The translations under genes and the position numbers were made by a program. From assembly GCA_020854775.1 (NCBI GenBank), contig JAHKLZ010000005.1, forward strand, positions 119,736-183,735: a stretch of 64,000 nucleotides of DNA. The letters are read 5' to 3'. Positions 59,592-64,000 of the stretch are shown here, piece by piece. Position 1 is the first letter of the stretch; each line of letters begins with the position of its first letter. The notes under the pieces were generated by a model. It saw nothing but the letters and a program-made list of their open reading frames with translations. It ran no database searches and was not told the origin of the DNA. This stretch comes from Candidatus Woesearchaeota archaeon. Its GTDB lineage: Archaea; Nanobdellota; Nanobdellia; Woesearchaeales; 21-14-0-10-32-9.

Positions 59592-59864
59592 TCATAAATC
59601 TTTTATATTTATAAGAGGATAACCATTTATTTCTAAACCTTTTTCAAATTTTATTATGTTGCAATTCATACAAATAAAGAAAGGACCATATTTGCCCATT
59701 TTTATATCTAAATAGTCCCCGCAACTACATTTCAAGTCTTGCAGTAATTCATTTTTATGTTTCATACACACAGGTATTTTTTGTTCGTTTCTTGTTACCG
59801 CGGCTCCATCACAAAAAGGACATCGACTTACTTTGCTTTCTCCATATATTTTTCGTGTTCTCAT
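59592..59864 (-). CDS. small zinc-ribbon protein with topoisomerase-type C4 zinc finger
   Basis: CPFCDGAAV...C and KCSCGDYLDIKMGKYGPFFICMNCN follow the zf-C4_Topoisom pattern. Confidence 0.5.
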   Translation of the reverse strand: MRTRKIYGESKVSRCPFCDGAAVTRNEQKIPVCMKHKNELLQDLKCSCGDYLDIKMGKYGPFFICMNCNIIKFEKGLEINGYPLINIKDL

Positions 59865-59889
59865 TTTTTTAGTAAAAAAAAAGAAAAAA

Positions 59890-62514
59890 TTATTTTTGTT
59901 TTAGTGCCGCGTGTGCTGCTGCTAATCTCGCTATAGGAACTCGGAAAGGACTACACGAAACATAGTTTAGCCCAACTTCGTGGCAGAATTCTATGCTTTT
60001 TGGATCTCCGCCATGTTCTCCGCAAATACCTAATTTTATTTTTTCATTTGTCGATTTTCCTTTTTCTACAGCTATTTTTATTAGATGACCTACGCCTTCT
60101 TGGTCGAGTGTTTGAAAAGGATCTTTTTCTAGTATTTTTTTTTCTATGTATTCAGGAACAAAAGATCCTACATCATCTCTTGAGAATCCTAACGTCATTT
60201 GTGTTAAATCATTGGTTCCAAAGCTAAAGAATTCTGCTTCTCTCGCAATTTTGTCCGCGGTTATTGCTGCTCTTGGTACTTCTATCATAGTCCCTATTAA
60301 GTATTTGACTTTATCATTGCTTTCTAGAATTTGTTTAGCAACTTCTTCAACTATTATTTTTTGATTTTTTAATTCTTCCACGTTTCCTATTAGTGGTATC
60401 ATTACTTCTGGTTTTACTTCTATTCCTTTTTCTGATACTTCTTTTGCTGCTTCAAATATTGCTTCTGCTTGCATCTTTGTTATTTCAGGATAAGTAATTC
60501 CGAGTCTGCATCCTCTGTGTCCTAGCATCGGGTTTACTTCGTGTAATGAATCCATTTTTTTGTGTAATTTTTCTAAAGTCACATTTAATTCTTCTGCGAG
60601 TGTTTTTATGTCTGCTTCTTCTCTTGGTAAGAATTCATGTAGCGGAGGATCCAACAATCTTATTGTTATTGGTTTTCCATTCATTATTTTGAACAGTTCA
60701 TAAAAGTCTTGTTTTTGGTATGGTTTCAATTTTTCTAAGGCTTTTTCTCTTGCTTCTTTTGTTTCTGATAGTATCATTTCTCTTACTGCTTTGATTCTGT
60801 TTCCTTCAAAGAACATGTGTTCCGTTCTACATAATCCTATTCCTTCTGCGCCGAATGTTATTGCTTGCGCTGCGTCTCTTGGTGTGTCTGCGTTTGTTCT
60901 TATTCCTAGTTTTCTATATTTATCTGCCCAACTCATTAGTTCTCCGAATGCTCCGCTAAGTTCTGGGTCTACTGTTGGTATTTTGCCTTTGAATACTTCT
61001 CCTTTTGAGCCATCCAATGTTATATAATCTCCTTCTTTGAATGTTTCTCCACCTATTTCGAGAGTTTTGTTTTTTTCTGAAACTTTCGCATCTGAACATC
61101 CTGCGACACAACATTTTCCCATTCCTCTTGCGACGACTGCTGCGTGCGAAGTCATTCCTCCTTTTGAAGTTAGAATTCCTTGTGCTGCTTCCATTCCTAT
61201 TAAGTCTTCAGGGCTTGTTTCGTTTCTTACAAGAATTACTGAGTGTTCTTGTTTTTTCATTTCTACTGCTGATTCGTTATTGAATGCTATTTTTCCTACT
61301 GCTGCTCCAGGACTTGCCGGTAAGCCTTTTCCTAAGGATTCATGTTTATTTTTTGCTACTGGATCTAGTTGTTTGTGTAATAATTGATCTAGTTGTTCTG
61401 GTTCTACTCTTAGTATTGCTTCTTCTTCTGTTATGAGTTTTTCTTTACACATATCTATCGCGATTTGTACTGCTGCTTGCGCGGTTCTTTTTCCGTTTCT
61501 TGTTTGTAGAATGTATAATTTTTTGTCTTGTATTGTGAATTCCATATCTTGCATATCTTTGTAGTGTTGTTCTAATTTCTTGTATGTTTCCACTAATTCT
61601 TTGTACGCGTGAGGCATAGTTTCTTCTAATTGTTTTATTGGTTTAGGAGTTCTTGTTCCTGCTACTACGTCTTCTCCTTGCGCGTTCATTAAATATTCTC
61701 CGTAAAATACGTTTTCGCCCGTACTGGGATCTCTTGTAAAACAAACTCCTGTTCCTGAGGTTTCACCCATGTTTCCAAACACCATTGCTTGTACATTCAC
61801 AGCTGTTCCTATTAAATGATGTAAATCATGCATTTTTCGGTAATGTATTGCTCTACTATTATTCCATGATTTGAATACGGCCTCTATTGATAAAAATAAT
61901 TGTTCTTCTGCGTTTTTTGGGAATGGTTTTCCTGTTTTTTGTTCTACTAATGCTTTGTATTCTTGCGTTATTTCTTTTAAGTCCTCAGCGTTTAGTTCTG
62001 TGTCAACATTAACCCCTTTGTTTATTTTTTTCTTATCTAATATTTCTTCGAAGTCGTGATGTGGCACATCTAGTACTACGTCTCCGAACATCGTAATGAA
62101 TCTTCTGTATGAGTCCCATGCAAATCGTTCATTGTTTGTTTTTTTGATTAGTCCTTGTACTACTTCATCGTTTAGTCCTAGGTTTAGAACTGTGTCCATC
62201 ATTCCAGGCATTGATGCTACTGCTCCACTCCTTATTGATAATAATAGGGGATTTTCTGCGTTTCCTAATTTTGATTGCATTGTGTCTTCTAATTTTTTTA
62301 GATTTTCTTTGATTTCTTCTTTTATTGTTTCAGGAATTTTTTGTTCTTCTTCGTAATATTTTTTGCATGTTTGTGTTGATATTGTAAATCCTGGCGGTAC
62401 TGGTAATCCTAGGTTCGCCATTTCTGCTAGGTTCGCTCCTTTTCCTCCTAGTATTTCTTTCATTTCTTTTTTTCCTTCGGTTTTATTTGCTCCAAAAAAG
62501 TATACGTTTTTCAT
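59890..62514 (-). CDS. ppdK: pyruvate, phosphate dikinase
   Basis: GGKGANLAEM, GETSGTGVCFTRDPSTGE, GGMTSHAAVVARGMGKCCVAGC (phosphohistidine domain) and C-terminal PEP-utilizing TIM barrel. 874 aa. Confidence 0.95.
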   Translation of the reverse strand: MKNVYFFGANKTEGKKEMKEILGGKGANLAEMANLGLPVPPGFTISTQTCKKYYEEEQKIPETIKEEIKENLKKLEDTMQSKLGNAENPLLLSIRSGAVASMPGMMDTVLNLGLNDEVVQGLIKKTNNERFAWDSYRRFITMFGDVVLDVPHHDFEEILDKKKINKGVNVDTELNAEDLKEITQEYKALVEQKTGKPFPKNAEEQLFLSIEAVFKSWNNSRAIHYRKMHDLHHLIGTAVNVQAMVFGNMGETSGTGVCFTRDPSTGENVFYGEYLMNAQGEDVVAGTRTPKPIKQLEETMPHAYKELVETYKKLEQHYKDMQDMEFTIQDKKLYILQTRNGKRTAQAAVQIAIDMCKEKLITEEEAILRVEPEQLDQLLHKQLDPVAKNKHESLGKGLPASPGAAVGKIAFNNESAVEMKKQEHSVILVRNETSPEDLIGMEAAQGILTSKGGMTSHAAVVARGMGKCCVAGCSDAKVSEKNKTLEIGGETFKEGDYITLDGSKGEVFKGKIPTVDPELSGAFGELMSWADKYRKLGIRTNADTPRDAAQAITFGAEGIGLCRTEHMFFEGNRIKAVREMILSETKEAREKALEKLKPYQKQDFYELFKIMNGKPITIRLLDPPLHEFLPREEADIKTLAEELNVTLEKLHKKMDSLHEVNPMLGHRGCRLGITYPEITKMQAEAIFEAAKEVSEKGIEVKPEVMIPLIGNVEELKNQKIIVEEVAKQILESNDKVKYLIGTMIEVPRAAITADKIAREAEFFSFGTNDLTQMTLGFSRDDVGSFVPEYIEKKILEKDPFQTLDQEGVGHLIKIAVEKGKSTNEKIKLGICGEHGGDPKSIEFCHEVGLNYVSCSPFRVPIARLAAAHAALKQK

Positions 62515-62631
62515 TTTTTACCTCCTGTTTAAGAATAAAAATTCCCTCTTCGTCTTTTTTTTTCTTTTTCTTGTTTTTTCTTGCAGTTTCAAGGATGTAT
62601 GATTTGCTTAAAAAAGTTACGGAAAAATGAT

Positions 62632-63783
62632 TTATTTGTTTATTATTTCTCGTGGTAATTCTTCAGGGATTCTTGTTAGTATTTCGTAATTTAGTGAACT
62701 TTTTTTATCACTAAATGATGCAAATCTTATTTCTTTATTATTTTCTTGCCCAATTAGTATTACTCTATCCCCTATATTCACATTTTCTAATCCTGAAATG
62801 TTTATTTGGAATAAATTCATATTTATTACCCCTATTACTTCTGCTATTTCATCGTTAACCATTATCCAAGAATTATTGCTTAATTGTCTTCCGTATCCTT
62901 GTGCGTAACCTATGGGAACAGTTCCTATAGTCATATCTTCTTTTGCTAAGTAGTAATCTCCGTAACCTATGTATTCTCCTGCTTTTACGTGTTTTATACT
63001 CATTATTTCTGATTCCCATGAAAGTATTGGTTGTAGCGGATCTTTTTTCTTTTGTTTTTTTGTTAAGTAAAACATTCTTGTTTCATCGCTTGGCCAAAAT
63101 CCGTATTGCATTATCCCTATTCTTACTAAGTTTCTTCTTGTGTTGGGCATTGTGACTGCTGCTGCTGAGCAAGCAGCATGTGTTAATTCATATTTTATGT
63201 TTGCTTTGTCAAATTCTTCTAAGTATTTTTTGAATCTGTTATTTTGTTTTTTTATTCTATAATAGTTGGCTATGCTTTCTGCTCCTGCGAAATGTGTGCA
63301 TATTCCTTTTATTGTTATGTATTCTTTGTTTTTTTGTATTATTTTGAATAACTCAGGTAATTCTTTTTCTGAGAATCCTGTTCTGTTAAGCCCTGTTTCT
63401 ACTTCTATATGTATTTTTATTTTTTTGTTTAGTTTCTTTGATGTTTTTAGTGCTTCTTTTAATCTTTTAAAATTGAAAACAAAGAATTCTATATCATTTG
63501 ATATTACCCAATTTATTTTTTTTAGAGATAAAACACCCATTATCATTATAGTTGAATTTTTTGTGCTGTATTTTTTTACTTTGTATGCTTCGTCTTGACT
63601 AAATACTGAGAAATGATTTATTCCAGATTCTTCTGCCAATAAAATCATTTCTTTTATTCCGTGTCCGTAAGCATTGCCTTTTACAACAGATGATATTATT
63701 GTTTTTTCACCTATTATTTTTTTTATGAAGCGTATATTTTCTTCATACTTTTTTTTGTCCAAATATATTTTTGAAGAATACAT
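62632..63783 (-). CDS. alr: alanine racemase (PLP-dependent, fold type III)
   Basis: SSVVKGNAYGHG (PLP-Lys motif), about 380 aa, with a C-terminal beta domain that has Tyr-containing segments. Confidence 0.75.
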   Translation of the reverse strand: MYSSKIYLDKKKYEENIRFIKKIIGEKTIISSVVKGNAYGHGIKEMILLAEESGINHFSVFSQDEAYKVKKYSTKNSTIMIMGVLSLKKINWVISNDIEFFVFNFKRLKEALKTSKKLNKKIKIHIEVETGLNRTGFSEKELPELFKIIQKNKEYITIKGICTHFAGAESIANYYRIKKQNNRFKKYLEEFDKANIKYELTHAACSAAAVTMPNTRRNLVRIGIMQYGFWPSDETRMFYLTKKQKKKDPLQPILSWESEIMSIKHVKAGEYIGYGDYYLAKEDMTIGTVPIGYAQGYGRQLSNNSWIMVNDEIAEVIGVINMNLFQINISGLENVNIGDRVILIGQENNKEIRFASFSDKKSSLNYEILTRIPEELPREIINK

Positions 63784-63902
63784 TTTTTTGAGTATCTGAT
63801 TATTTATTATAAGTTTTTCTAAACCACCCCTTTTTTTTTAATAATTACTTTTGAGTGGTTAAAATAATAAACTTTAAAAATGATGAGGTCTTTCTTTGTG
63901 TT

Positions 63903-64000
63903 ATGAGTGAGCGTTTTAAAAAAGTTAAAAATTTTAAGACTTTAAGATTTAATAAAGATAATTTGATTAGGTCTGTTGAATTGAATATTTTTGATTTTTC
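63903..64000 (+). CDS. 5' end of an ORF running off the window (hypothetical)
   Basis: ATG at 63903, open to the window end (MSERFKKVKNFKTLRFNKDNLIRSVELNIFDF...). Confidence 0.25.
   Translation, partial: MSERFKKVKNFKTLRFNKDNLIRSVELNIFDF

Overview
This window is a gene-dense, AT-rich archaeal chromosomal segment that looks DPANN-like (small, reduced genome). The informational genes are archaeal: RtcB with archease, DnaG-type primase, RFC large subunit, NucS/EndoMS, fibrillarin with Nop5, Sm protein, ribosomal proteins L37e, S8e and S7, Pth2, and class III signal-peptide pilins. There is one 16S-tRNAAla-23S rRNA operon on the minus strand, with no 5S gene attached, and five further tRNAs. Four of the six tRNAs carry introns, and the spacer tRNA-Ala has a non-canonical intron in the T-loop. 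Also present are aminoacyl-tRNA synthetases (ValRS, ArgRS), PPDK, alanine racemase, adenylate kinase, a large N-glycosylation-sequon-rich surface protein with cadherin-like repeats, two tandem pilin genes, and many hypotheticals. I saw no CRISPR array, transposase, integrase or reverse transcriptase. The most striking global signal is a strand asymmetry: the plus strand is T- and G-rich whatever the gene orientation. Plus-strand genes therefore use T/G-ending codons (K=AAG, E=GAG) and minus-strand genes use A/C-ending codons (K=AAA, E=GAA). A side effect is a large number of spurious Leu/Phe-rich ORFs on the plus strand opposite real minus-strand genes. The candidate novel systems are: (1) a plus-strand island at 54.0-58.5 kb with a patatin-like phospholipase, a secreted unknown, a HAD 5'-nucleotidase-like protein, a Pol-beta-type nucleotidyltransferase and a TatD nuclease; (2) a Hel308-like helicase truncated to its first RecA domain, abutting an unknown 425-aa protein; (3) a roughly 1 kb non-coding region at 20.9-21.9 kb with a GC-rich structured RNA candidate (possibly a divergent orphan 5S) and a nested palindrome; (4) a TATA-preceded 36-aa Cys-rich micro-ORF.
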